DNA of 55,801 nucleotides from a virus (lineage: Duplodnaviria > Caudoviricetes), in IMG/VR virus record IMGVR_UViG_3300032170_000078, positions 1 to 55,801 of that record. One strand, 5' to 3'. Shown piece by piece: positions 16,387 through 25,136 of this stretch; positions within the stretch are counted from its first letter, which is position 1; each line of letters opens with the position of its first letter. The notes under the pieces were generated by a model that saw only the letters and a program-made list of their open reading frames with translations, did no database searches and was not told where the DNA came from. A program made the position numbers and the translations under genes.

Positions 16387-17364
16387 TTGACAAATCCACA
16401 TCCCGAGGAGAAGCTCCGCCTCTTTCAACTTCTTTCCCAACACGAAGGCTGGTCTGATGTCCTTAAAGAAGCTGTTCAGGTGGAGAAAGATGGTGAGGAA
16501 AGATACAAGCAAGAGGGCTACGGCAATTACTACGGTTGGGAGTGGTTTCAGGTCCACACGCCAGTACCAACCCTTCACAAGATGGTAACAGAAAAGATCT
16601 TAGACATAACCCTCTCCACCCGCAGTGGCACCCACTTCAAAGTAAAGGAACCCGAGCTAGCCTTGGAAGTTATCAAAGCATTAGAGGAACCCACACTACA
16701 ACCACCTCCCAGCGTTATTCCAGAAAACCTCTTCAACATTATAGTAGGCCACGATAACATCAAGACACTCGTCAAGTATGCTATTGATGCCGAAAAATCT
16801 GTCCATCTGCTCTTTACCGGGCCCCCAGCATCAGCAAAGACGTTATTCCTAATGGAGCTAGCCCGCCTACCTGACTCTTATTACTGCCTCGCCCAGACAA
16901 CCTCCCAAGCTGGTCTAGCCAATCTCCTATTTACCTACCAACCACAGTTCCTCCTCATTGACGAGATAGACCGTCTCACAGGTGAGCATGTGGGAGTATT
17001 GAATTCCCTCATGGCCACTGGTATCATCTCCGAAAGTAAGTATGGAAAGACTCGTGCTATGGAATTGCCTACCAAGGTATTTGCAGCAGGAATCAGAATA
17101 GGCAACCTGCCTAAGGACTTACTCTCCCGGTTTACTAGGCTTAAGTTTGACCCTTATACTGAAGAAGAATTCATTGCAGTCTCTGTAAAAGTACTTTCCA
17201 CATTAGAGTCAATTTCTGAAAATCTTGCGGAGGTTGTGGCTAAGTCAATATGGGCTAAGAATGAGGCTTCTTCGGATATAAGGCAATGTGTCCAAGTGGC
17301 GCGATTATGTAGTGGAGACCCAGATAAAGCTAAAGAGATATTAAAGATTCTTAGGAGGCAATGA
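16387..17364 (+). CDS. AAA+ ATPase (RuvB/MCM-like) with N-terminal winged-helix-like domain
   Basis: GPPASAKT Walker A, LLIDEID Walker B, 'LLSRF' arginine finger. Confidence 0.8.
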   Translation: MTNPHPEEKLRLFQLLSQHEGWSDVLKEAVQVEKDGEERYKQEGYGNYYGWEWFQVHTPVPTLHKMVTEKILDITLSTRSGTHFKVKEPELALEVIKALEEPTLQPPPSVIPENLFNIIVGHDNIKTLVKYAIDAEKSVHLLFTGPPASAKTLFLMELARLPDSYYCLAQTTSQAGLANLLFTYQPQFLLIDEIDRLTGEHVGVLNSLMATGIISESKYGKTRAMELPTKVFAAGIRIGNLPKDLLSRFTRLKFDPYTEEEFIAVSVKVLSTLESISENLAEVVAKSIWAKNEASSDIRQCVQVARLCSGDPDKAKEILKILRRQ

Positions 17365-17606
17365 GGAATACTATGGGGACGGAAGACGTAATGCTTGCTA
17401 CAATGGAGGCATACGAGACTACAACACAGAACAAGTTAGGATTTGCCATCAACTGGGTGATGATGGAAATGGTTAAAGCCCACGATGACCGTAGGGTTCA
17501 TTTCTGCAATCTCAAGGGCAAGAAATTCCGTAGCGTGAAGGCAGCGGAGGAAGCCATAGATAATGGGGAATTTTGCGCCTGTGTAATTGGAGGCAGTGAT
17601 GAGTGA
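17361..17606 (+). CDS. Hypothetical protein
   Basis: Coupled ORF. Confidence 0.5.
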   Translation: MRNTMGTEDVMLATMEAYETTTQNKLGFAINWVMMEMVKAHDDRRVHFCNLKGKKFRSVKAAEEAIDNGEFCACVIGGSDE

Positions 17607-17784
17607 AGCACCACTTGTTTACTGCTCAAAAGAAGGCAAGAAGGTTCCAATTTGGTATTGCCTCGGAAGTTTTACACAGAGAAGAGCCCAATGTCCTCAC
17701 TTAATTAAGGCAATAGTTTATGGTGGGGAAAGAGCTGAAGTTGAGTGTAAGTACCCTTTGAGTACAACAAAGCCCTCGACCTAA
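17599..17784 (+). CDS. Small Cys-containing protein
   Basis: Four spaced Cys; GGAGG RBS. Confidence 0.5.
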   Translation: MSEAPLVYCSKEGKKVPIWYCLGSFTQRRAQCPHLIKAIVYGGERAEVECKYPLSTTKPST

Positions 17785-17807
17785 TCTCTTAAGGAGGGCT
17801 GTTTTTT
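17771..17807 (+). terminator. Intrinsic terminator between convergent operons
   Basis: AGCCCTC...GAGGGCT followed by GTTTTTT. Confidence 0.6.
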
Positions 17808-17840
17808 ATCTCAAGTTAGAGAGCTAGAGTTGCTAACTCA

Positions 17841-18074
17841 TCACTCGCTCATCTTGGCCTGCCAGTTGGTTGACCACTTTGCTGGATCAGGCGCATGATA
17901 AGTGGCAGCGTCGATACCGGCGCCATAAGCAGCCTTCCGAGTTGGTCCAAATGGTGTGGCCCCATAGCCGGACTTCATTCGGCTTTTGGCAGCGCCCCAG
18001 GAAGCGACCATAGTGGATGCTTTGGTCCGAAGCTTGGCTTCGCCCTTTGCAGCCATTTCAGGTAGTGATAGCAT
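17841..18074 (-). CDS. Small basic Ala/Lys-rich helical protein (candidate nucleocapsid/DNA-wrapping protein)
   Basis: 77 aa; strong AAAGGAGGG RBS; last gene of a promoter-driven minus-strand operon. Confidence 0.55.
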   Translation of the reverse strand: MLSLPEMAAKGEAKLRTKASTMVASWGAAKSRMKSGYGATPFGPTRKAAYGAGIDAATYHAPDPAKWSTNWQAKMSE

Positions 18075-18137
18075 TGTGTTAGTCCCTCCTTTCTTCAGTA
18101 TTTGAGTTAAGTACCGTCGACCTCGGTACGATAATTG

Positions 18138-18350
18138 TCATCTCGTGACCCCCTTTATCCACCTTTTAGCTCTCTCAAGGGCTTGTTCTGGGGTCGCTTT
18201 CCCAGCCCTCATTAACCCAGCGGCATAACTCTGGGCCCTATATGCTATTGACCCTGGAGGCCCTTTAAGCTCCTTCGGCCAGAGTATCTTAAGCCCCTTT
18301 GGTAGCGGGGGTCCTAGGGTGGGGTCTTGCGGTTCTAAGTCTGAGATCAT
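18138..18350 (-). CDS. Small protein with GPPLPKxxxIxWP motif
   Basis: AAGGAGG RBS; motif shared with 28561-29598. Confidence 0.6.
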   Translation of the reverse strand: MISDLEPQDPTLGPPLPKGLKILWPKELKGPPGSIAYRAQSYAAGLMRAGKATPEQALERAKRWIKGVTR

Positions 18351-18366
18351 CTTTACTGTGGCCTCC

Positions 18367-18606
18367 TTATTTCGCCATCTCCTTTATGTAGTTCCTGCCT
18401 ATTTCAAAGGCCTCCTCTGGAGTCCTAAGATGGTTCTTCATGACCTTAAGACCCATTTCTATAAGGTCCGAGTCATAACCCTCTGACCTCAATCTAGCCC
18501 GGAATTCGTTGTCCAAATCCATGGTCTCTGGTTCTTCTTCCTCCTCATGGAATAATGACTCACCTGGGAGTGGTGGTCTAGGAAGTATAGATGGTAACCT
18601 AAACAT
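18367..18606 (-). CDS. Small PPLP-containing protein
   Basis: C-terminal 'TPEEAFEIGRNYIKEM' parallels 'TPEQALERAKRWIKGV' of its neighbour. Confidence 0.6.
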   Translation of the reverse strand: MFRLPSILPRPPLPGESLFHEEEEEPETMDLDNEFRARLRSEGYDSDLIEMGLKVMKNHLRTPEEAFEIGRNYIKEMAK

Positions 18607-18875
18607 TATTTTCTAATCACCTCTATCGCACTGAAGGGAATTCCCCCCACCTCTGCGAGGTTTTCTCCAGCTTCAACAGCCTCGTCCTCACTAATTCCCC
18701 AAACTATCCCCAGGTACTCCATAGTGGAATTTATCAGAGCATAGGCCTTATAGCTTCCCAGTCCATTAAGCTTATAGAGAGCCCACTTTGGGAGGGGTGG
18801 GAGAGGGAATGGAGTAGGCTCTAGTTTCTCTGGAAGGCCTATTCTATTACCCATATCCGTCCAATTCATATCCAC
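18606..18875 (-). CDS. Small PPLPK-containing protein
   Basis: Start placed at the GTG downstream of the promoter and GGGAGGT. Confidence 0.55.
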   Translation of the reverse strand: MDMNWTDMGNRIGLPEKLEPTPFPLPPLPKWALYKLNGLGSYKAYALINSTMEYLGIVWGISEDEAVEAGENLAEVGGIPFSAIEVIRK

Positions 18876-18906
18876 TGAAGGTACCTCCCCACTTCCTGCT
18901 ACTATA

Positions 18907-18935
18907 ATTCTACCACAATGAATAGCATTTGTCAA
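18907..18935 (-). promoter_or_regulatory. sigma70-type promoter (minus strand)
   Basis: TTGACA-N17-TAGAAT on the reverse strand. Confidence 0.8.
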
Positions 18936-18988
18936 GGACAAGTTGGGAATAGGAATAAAGTATTTGGGCTACGTAGCCTCCGAGGAAT

Positions 18989-19315
18989 TTGCGATATAGA
19001 ATTAGTATAGTAATATCAGAAAGGATCAAAGAATTGGTCACCCAACCAAAATCAAAGGTCATCGAATTCCCCATAGAGGAAGCATTCATAAGAGTCTATA
19101 AGCTTAGGTTCTCCCGTTCCGGGGCTAAAACGGTAGAGGTGTCTATTCCCAGAGATTTTATCCGTAGAATGGCTAGGAATGTTGGAGTAACTATGGAGGA
19201 GTTTGTAGAACAGTATAGGGCTTTAGCCTATTTTGGTGCTGGAGATGAGCTCTTATATCGTTTTGAGAAGCATGAAGGGGATGGGGCTGGATCCAAAGTT
19301 GATAAAAGGGATTGA
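18989..19315 (+). CDS. AbrB/SpoVT-like DNA-binding protein
   Basis: 'YKLRFSRSGAKTVEVSIPRDFIRR'; start uncertain. Confidence 0.55.
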   Translation: MRYRISIVISERIKELVTQPKSKVIEFPIEEAFIRVYKLRFSRSGAKTVEVSIPRDFIRRMARNVGVTMEEFVEQYRALAYFGAGDELLYRFEKHEGDGAGSKVDKRD

Positions 19316-19448
19316 GAAATCATGCAGTTACGTATAGGTTCTATATCTAAACAGGAACTTCTGGATACTGGATACACTAAAATTGCTGTATCCTATATAT
19401 AGTATAGACAGAGTTTAGTGTCATCGGGAGAAAAGGGGGGAATCTGTT

Positions 19449-19919
19449 ATGAATCTACCACGAAATCCTTATGACCTTGACCAATTCTTTATTAAGCCCA
19501 CAGATGAAAGGGGGCATGGAGACAAAATCCAAGCGAGGATACCTCCTGACCTAGCCAGAATAATTGACATTATTGTGTCTTCAAAAAAATTCCCATATCA
19601 AACTTCTTCTGACTTTTTTAGAGACTCCGTTTGGAGGCTTGCCGGCCTATTGACTCCTGAAGTGGACCGTCATGAGGGGAGAACTATCATGGCAAAGCTC
19701 AGGGCTGCTGAAGAAACTCTTAAGGCTCAGGAGGCTGGAGAGGGGCTTCTTAAGGTTCTGGATAATTTAGGTCTCCGGTTATCAGCTCTGGATAGTATTG
19801 AGGAAAGGAAGAGGATAGTGGCAAAAATCCAGAAGGAGTTTTCTACTGTTACGGAAGGTTATTGGAGGGAGAGAGCCTTGAGGAGTCTTAAGGAGCGCTA
19901 CGGAGAGTATCTTGAATGA
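19449..19919 (+). CDS. Ribbon-helix-helix protein
   Basis: 'IQARIPPDLARIIDIIV...YQTSSDFFRDSV'. Confidence 0.7.
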   Translation: MNLPRNPYDLDQFFIKPTDERGHGDKIQARIPPDLARIIDIIVSSKKFPYQTSSDFFRDSVWRLAGLLTPEVDRHEGRTIMAKLRAAEETLKAQEAGEGLLKVLDNLGLRLSALDSIEERKRIVAKIQKEFSTVTEGYWRERALRSLKERYGEYLE

Positions 19920-21483
19920 CCAAATGAAAGTCCCCTCTGACTTCGGTTTTGATTCCCAAAAGTTTCCATCCTTTAGAGAACACCAATTAGAAACTGCCCA
20001 GCAGGTTGTAGCTTCCGAAAAGCCTCTCTTTTTGCTTGAGGCCCCAACTGGCTCAGGAAAGTCCCTCCTCGCTCTAGCTGCTCACTCTCTAATGAGCAAG
20101 CCTCGCACTGCCTATCTTGTTTCCACTAAACAGCTTCAAGACCAAATAGAGCAGGACTTCCACATTCCTGTTCTTAAGGGTAGAAATAACTACCCCTGTC
20201 TCCACTTCCAGGACCTGTTCCCAGATGTTACCTCCGAGATCTGTAAGGACTACCTAGCTGGGGATGAATGTGAATTTGAGGTGGACTGTCCTTATCTTCG
20301 AGACAAAAGAAGGGCTCTGGCATCTTCCATCTGTGTCCTTAACTACCCTCTCTTCTTCTCGGAAGCCAACTATGTTGGGGGCTTTAGTGGTCTTACCTAC
20401 TTAGTTCTAGATGAGGTTGACAAGGTTGAGGATCACCTAATGAGCTTTATTGAAGTCTCCATTACTCCCTTACTTATGAGACGCCTATCCATTGGTCCTC
20501 CAAAGTATAAGACCAAATTAGAGTCTTGGATAGAGTGGGTAGGGGACTTAAAGGCTAAGACTCAACAAGAAGTGGAGAAAATAGGATCTCCCGAGGACCT
20601 TAGCCCGACTAGATTAAAGGACCTCATAAGGCTAAAGAGGATTAGTCGTAGGCTGGAGTTTCTTGCGTCTAGCTTGGATGAGGGCTGGGTAATGGAACAG
20701 AGTGAGAGTAGCAAGGCTTTTAGCCCTATAGTCTTTAAGCCTGTAAAGATTAGTGGATTCGCTCCTGATAACCTCTGGAAACACACCATAAGATCATTAG
20801 GCATGAGTGCTACTGTAATTGGAGCTCAAGCTATGGCTATGGATTTAGGCCTCCATTCTTGGGATGCGGACTTTGTTAACCTACCTTCACCTTTTCCAGT
20901 AGAGGACCGAAGGGTGGAATATATCCCAGTGGCAAATATTACTCATAAGACTAAGGATATTGAATATCCAAAGCTTAGTGATGCCATAGATAAGGTCCTT
21001 AGAAAGCATCCCAAGGAGAAGGTCCTAATACATGCTGTAAGTTACGACCTTCGGAATTTCTTAATGAGCTATTTAAGACCCACCTATCACGGTCTAATGA
21101 CTCATGATAGGAACGATAGAGCTATTGCTCTTGAAAGGTTCAAGTCCTACAACCAGCCTATGGCATTTATTTCTCCCAGTATGGAAAGAGGGATAGACCT
21201 ACCTGGGGATTTGTGTCGGGTTATTATTGTGGCTAAAGTACCCTATCCCAACTTGGGTAGCCCTCAGGTAAACAAGAGGCTTCATGGCTTCTCCGATGGT
21301 TCCTTGTGGTACGCTAGGAGAACTGCCAGGTCCTTAGTTCAGATGACCGGTAGAGCCACCCGATTTCAAGGGGATTGGTCGGTGAGTTACATCCTAGATG
21401 AGCAGTTCGGACACCTAGTGGGGAGAAGTGGGAGCCTATTCCCAGAATGGTGGAAGTCTGCGGTGAGAAGTGGTAGCCTCTAG
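19912..21483 (+). CDS. DinG/XPD (Rad3)-family SF2 helicase
   Basis: Q motif FREHQ, EAPTGSGKS, Fe-S Cys cluster, LVLDEVD, MSAT, 'RGIDLPGD', 'QMTGRATR'. Confidence 0.9.
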   Translation: MNDQMKVPSDFGFDSQKFPSFREHQLETAQQVVASEKPLFLLEAPTGSGKSLLALAAHSLMSKPRTAYLVSTKQLQDQIEQDFHIPVLKGRNNYPCLHFQDLFPDVTSEICKDYLAGDECEFEVDCPYLRDKRRALASSICVLNYPLFFSEANYVGGFSGLTYLVLDEVDKVEDHLMSFIEVSITPLLMRRLSIGPPKYKTKLESWIEWVGDLKAKTQQEVEKIGSPEDLSPTRLKDLIRLKRISRRLEFLASSLDEGWVMEQSESSKAFSPIVFKPVKISGFAPDNLWKHTIRSLGMSATVIGAQAMAMDLGLHSWDADFVNLPSPFPVEDRRVEYIPVANITHKTKDIEYPKLSDAIDKVLRKHPKEKVLIHAVSYDLRNFLMSYLRPTYHGLMTHDRNDRAIALERFKSYNQPMAFISPSMERGIDLPGDLCRVIIVAKVPYPNLGSPQVNKRLHGFSDGSLWYARRTARSLVQMTGRATRFQGDWSVSYILDEQFGHLVGRSGSLFPEWWKSAVRSGSL

Positions 21484-21734
21484 AGTTTCTTCTTCCCTCT
21501 AAATCTAGTCCCTCTTAAGGCTTTATCGGCCTCTCTAAAATCCTTATCTGCTTCCACTACTCTACTAATAACAGCCTGGGGTACGTCTTTAAGCTCAGAT
21601 AGCCCCTCCACTATCTTCTCCACACTCTTTTTGACCTCACTAGGATCCGGGGGAGTGGGAAAAGCAGAACCACCCCTGGACTTTTTTGAGGGGAGAACGC
21701 CCAATGCTTTGAAGATATCTTCTGCTAGGCCCAT
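21480..21734 (-). CDS. Hypothetical helical protein
   Basis: Coupled to 21735-22961; AGGAGGT RBS. Confidence 0.55.
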   Translation of the reverse strand: MGLAEDIFKALGVLPSKKSRGGSAFPTPPDPSEVKKSVEKIVEGLSELKDVPQAVISRVVEADKDFREADKALRGTRFRGKKKL

Positions 21735-22961
21735 TTATTTTTTACCTCCTGCTAATTTCGTAGCCAGCTCTTCTATTTTAGCTTCTGCTTCCAGTAAGTC
21801 TTTGGCAGCACCTGGGGTTCTACTTCGTGGGGTTTTTGTAGCCTCCCCTTCAGCAGGTAGGACGCCAACCCCTTCCACCGCAACTGCCTTCTCGACTAGA
21901 CTGGTAGCTTTATCCATGCCCTTTTCTAAGCTTCCTCTAACCCCTTCCAATTGGCTTCCTATTCCTTCCCCAGCTTCTTTCAATAGGGTCCCAAGGCCTT
22001 CACTCCTCTCTTCGTCCTTAGCTTCCACCAGGGTGTTTATTTTGTCCTGGAGCCTATCTTTTTCGGCCTGGTGTAGTTGCCCCTGGATGCCTTCCAATAC
22101 GGTTTTATTAGCCTCTTGTACTTCTCCCATTTGGGCTATGAGTTTATCTTGTTGGTCTTTGCTGTCTTTAGTAACTTCCTCGATCGTGGTTCTAAACCCC
22201 TCAAATATCTCCTGGACCGATGGGGAGCCTCCTGGAGCTGAGGGTATTAGCTTGTCCTTGAGATCCACTATAGTCCCGAGAAGAGCAACTGCGTCCTCCA
22301 CTGGACTATGTTCTTTAACTCTTCCCCTTCCTTCTTCTCCTCCAGTTCCCTCGCGTCCACTTATAGGCTGTCTATAAATAGGCTGATACCCAAGGGTGGG
22401 TGGGTAATAAGGCGACATACCACCTCCATACATAAAAGGTGGCATAGGCCCCATGCCCATTCCAGGTTGCCCTCCCATCATTGGAATACCCTCGGGGTAG
22501 CCCCCTTCTTGAGTGGTGAAAGCACTAATCATCATTGGGATACTGGAATGCAGCTTTCTGGGTAGCTTCGCAGTTAGTAAGTAGTGGAGATTTACCGGAT
22601 TCTCTCGATAACCAGGATGGAGTTGGAATACGCCAAGTATCTGGGTGATTAGGTCCCCAGGTACCCCATGGACCTCAAGGATCTTAGATAGTCTAGGAAT
22701 TGGGTCTTCAGGTAGAATAAATTCCCCAGTGGCTATTTTTTCAGCCGCTTCTTCCCTTTGTGCTGCTCCTTCTTTTAATTCTTCCTTATGTTCTTTCTTC
22801 TTCCCTAGAACCTCTTCCTTGTCCATTTCCTGAAGGAATTGTTCTCTTGGGGGACATTCCTCGCCTCGGTGCTGGGTACTCCAATGGCCCCGGAACTTTC
22901 TCCAGGATGTGTAGGTTTTTTCTGGGTGCTCTGGGCAAATATACACTCTCATATTAGTCAC
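21735..22961 (-). CDS. C2H2-type Zn finger, Pro/Gly/Met-rich linker and coiled-coil protein
   Basis: CPEH...FRGHWSTQH; PMMGGQPGMGMGPMPP; long heptad region. Confidence 0.7.
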   Translation of the reverse strand: MTNMRVYICPEHPEKTYTSWRKFRGHWSTQHRGEECPPREQFLQEMDKEEVLGKKKEHKEELKEGAAQREEAAEKIATGEFILPEDPIPRLSKILEVHGVPGDLITQILGVFQLHPGYRENPVNLHYLLTAKLPRKLHSSIPMMISAFTTQEGGYPEGIPMMGGQPGMGMGPMPPFMYGGGMSPYYPPTLGYQPIYRQPISGREGTGGEEGRGRVKEHSPVEDAVALLGTIVDLKDKLIPSAPGGSPSVQEIFEGFRTTIEEVTKDSKDQQDKLIAQMGEVQEANKTVLEGIQGQLHQAEKDRLQDKINTLVEAKDEERSEGLGTLLKEAGEGIGSQLEGVRGSLEKGMDKATSLVEKAVAVEGVGVLPAEGEATKTPRSRTPGAAKDLLEAEAKIEELATKLAGGKK

Positions 22962-22970
22962 CTCCTTATG

Positions 22971-23159
22971 TTAACTTCGTATCCTAGATTTGTGCCTAGT
23001 TCTTATTTCAGCTATGTCGCGATTAAGCAAGTAGGTTATATACATAGTCCAACTAGGTCTTAGGATATGGCCTTCCAGTGTATGAACCTTCATAACCTCA
23101 TCAACTATCTCATTCTCTTCATCCGACTTGGGCCTGAACACTCTGGCTTCCGGAGCCAT
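22971..23159 (-). CDS. Small RHH-like protein
   Basis: Start moved to MAPEARVFRP after GAGGAGGTG; beta-helix-helix pattern. Confidence 0.5.
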   Translation of the reverse strand: MAPEARVFRPKSDEENEIVDEVMKVHTLEGHILRPSWTMYITYLLNRDIAEIRTRHKSRIRS

Positions 23160-23189
23160 AATTATCACCTCCTCTCTACTGTTATTTTT

Positions 23190-23218
23190 ATTATAACATA
23201 GTAACCTCATTTTGTCAA
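23190..23218 (-). promoter_or_regulatory. sigma70 promoter (minus strand, divergent)
   Basis: TTGACA-N17-TATAAT on the reverse strand. Confidence 0.85.
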
Positions 23219-23277
23219 GGTATGTGTGGGAATTCTAATTGCCACCAAGGAGTTTCAATTGCCGAACCATATAATCC

Positions 23278-23306
23278 TTGACAAAGTTAAACCTATATGA
23301 TAGAAT
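23278..23306 (+). promoter_or_regulatory. sigma70 promoter of the lipid-biosynthesis operon
   Basis: TTGACA-N17-TAGAAT with TG extension. Confidence 0.8.
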
Positions 23307-23333
23307 AAGACTATAAGGATAGGAGTATCATCT

Positions 23334-24140
23334 ATGAAGATTATCCCAGTGATGGCTACTAAGGGGGGAGTTGGGAAATCTAAGGTATGTGTGAGCCTGG
23401 GTAGAGCTTTCAAAGGTAGGGACCTCAAAGTGGGCTTCCTCGACGTAGATTGGGTGGCCCCTAATCTACATGTGGAGCTTGGGATTGACCCAGAAAGTGG
23501 ATTGGTCCTTCAATCTGGAGTAGGTGATACCATCCAACCGATAACCTCCCCTGAGGGTTTCCCATTGGTATCCTCTGCTTTTATATTTCCCCCGGATCAG
23601 GCAGTCTCTATGGATGAGGAATCCACCATAAAGGATATTGTAGAGATAACTACTCCTGGAGTTATTGCCTGGGGTGACCTAGATTACCTCATAATGGATA
23701 CTCCCCCCACTACTGCCAAATTCGTTCACGCCGCACTCCAAATTAAAGATCTTCATGGAGTGGTTCTAGTTACCCAACCGGCTACAACTTCCATTGCAGA
23801 TCTCCTTAGGACCATTTCCCTTCTAAGAGACCTTCATGTCCCCCTTTTGGGCCTAATTGGTAACCAAGTCTACATAGTTTGTCCACATGGGGAGAAGATA
23901 AACTTATATGACTTGACTGAAGAAGATATACGGTCCTTTTGTAAGTCCCAAGAGGTTCCCTATTTAGGTTCCGTTCCTCATATAGTTCCCACACTAGGCT
24001 ATCCACATTTAGATGGAGTTGTGGATAACTTAGTATCCCAGTCTCCAATCTACTTGGAAGAGAGTAAAGTTTCTACTCTCCCATATAGGATAGTATTGAC
24101 CTTGGCGAGGAGAATAAAGGATGCCCAAGACAGACGCTGA
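23334..24140 (+). CDS. Mrp/NBP35 (ApbC)-like P-loop ATPase
   Basis: KGGVGKS, LDVD..AP, WGDLDYLIMDTPP, 'VCPHG'. Confidence 0.8.
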   Translation: MKIIPVMATKGGVGKSKVCVSLGRAFKGRDLKVGFLDVDWVAPNLHVELGIDPESGLVLQSGVGDTIQPITSPEGFPLVSSAFIFPPDQAVSMDEESTIKDIVEITTPGVIAWGDLDYLIMDTPPTTAKFVHAALQIKDLHGVVLVTQPATTSIADLLRTISLLRDLHVPLLGLIGNQVYIVCPHGEKINLYDLTEEDIRSFCKSQEVPYLGSVPHIVPTLGYPHLDGVVDNLVSQSPIYLEESKVSTLPYRIVLTLARRIKDAQDRR

Positions 24141-24558
24141 AAAGATAGCTGAGATAGAAGATCTTTTTGATTTTATCTTTAAGGCCCAGGAGAAATTAGC
24201 CCCCGAGATAGTGTCTTATCAGGAAATGGTAATTGGAGAAGGCCGCAAGGGCGTTTTAATGGTCCGTGGGGACAATAAATGGACGAAGATCTTTGAGGTT
24301 AAAAATGGGAAGTTAATTCCTGCTGACACCATAGACAATGCCCGAACTGTAATAGTCTTTGAGGGGATTGATATATTCCGTAAAATGTGCCAGGCGCTTC
24401 TCGCAGGTAATCCTAGTGCCTTTTCCAGAGCTAGAGCTAGAGGTGATGTGAAGGTTGTTGGGAACTTTGCTATAAGGGATGCGACCATATTTAACAGGTT
24501 ATTGGCTAAGGTTGGGAGGATATTAAGCAGTTATGAAGTTAAGCTTGGAGGTGAATAA
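24121..24558 (+). CDS. SCP2 sterol/lipid-carrier-like protein
   Basis: 'ARTVI.F....F..M...G....A.ARGDVKVVGN' resembles the SCP2 C-terminus. Confidence 0.6.
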   Translation: MPKTDAEKIAEIEDLFDFIFKAQEKLAPEIVSYQEMVIGEGRKGVLMVRGDNKWTKIFEVKNGKLIPADTIDNARTVIVFEGIDIFRKMCQALLAGNPSAFSRARARGDVKVVGNFAIRDATIFNRLLAKVGRILSSYEVKLGGE

Positions 24559-24803
24559 TGCCAGAATTACCACCCCTGTCCCAAAGACTTAAAGGGATCT
24601 TGAGGAAGATGGCGGCTGATGAGAGTTACATAACCTCTAAGTTTGAGAGGAGGACCGGGTTCTCTTCCCCCGATCTCCTTCGTGGAACCAGTGAACTGAT
24701 AGACAAGACTCTCATTAGGATTATGGAAGAGATAGAGAAAGGTCCAGGAGGTCTAGGGGATGAGTCCCATATTACTGGTATCTGGCGCCCCTCAAGGCCC
24801 TAG
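24558..24803 (+). CDS. Hypothetical protein
   Basis: Coupled ORF. Confidence 0.55.
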   Translation: MPELPPLSQRLKGILRKMAADESYITSKFERRTGFSSPDLLRGTSELIDKTLIRIMEEIEKGPGGLGDESHITGIWRPSRP

Positions 24804-24815
24804 TGGAGGCGAGTA

Positions 24816-25136
24816 ATGCCAGATGGGTACCCTCCTTTACAGTTTCCTGGGGAACCGGATATACTAGCTGAGGTTAGGTTGAGAAATGAGCTAAGGATAT
24901 TACGTTTATTGGCCACTATGCACGGCCGAAGCCTCAAAATGAGAGAGGCTTATATGAAAAGGTGGCCTGGGGTTTATGAAGCAATGGAAATAGTAGAACC
25001 CCTCCCTAGGTGGATTGAGCAGGAGATAGCTATAGCTCCCAGGATAAAGGAAAGATTGCTCGAGGTGGAAGTCTATTTCGTGGAAAAAGGCTGGCGCTTG
25101 CCTAAGTGGAGGCGGCCGGAATGGATACTGGAATGA
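24816..25136 (+). CDS. Hypothetical protein
   Basis: GGAGG RBS; N-terminus resembles 29617-29934. Confidence 0.55.
   Translation: MPDGYPPLQFPGEPDILAEVRLRNELRILRLLATMHGRSLKMREAYMKRWPGVYEAMEIVEPLPRWIEQEIAIAPRIKERLLEVEVYFVEKGWRLPKWRRPEWILE

Noticed and set aside
19912-21483. DinG as part of type IV CRISPR or a defence system
   Set aside because: No csf genes or array; it is paired with an RHH protein as in viral replication modules.
21631-22377. 248-aa plus-strand ORF
   Set aside because: It is the antisense shadow of 21735-22961, Ser/Pro/Leu-rich with no RBS. The same applies to most short minus-strand ORFs overlapping plus-strand genes.
23334-24140. ParA partition ATPase or genome-packaging ATPase
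   Set aside because: The WGDLDYL..D.PP and CPH motifs fit Mrp/NBP35 better; there is no ParB nearby and no FtsK/HerA motifs.
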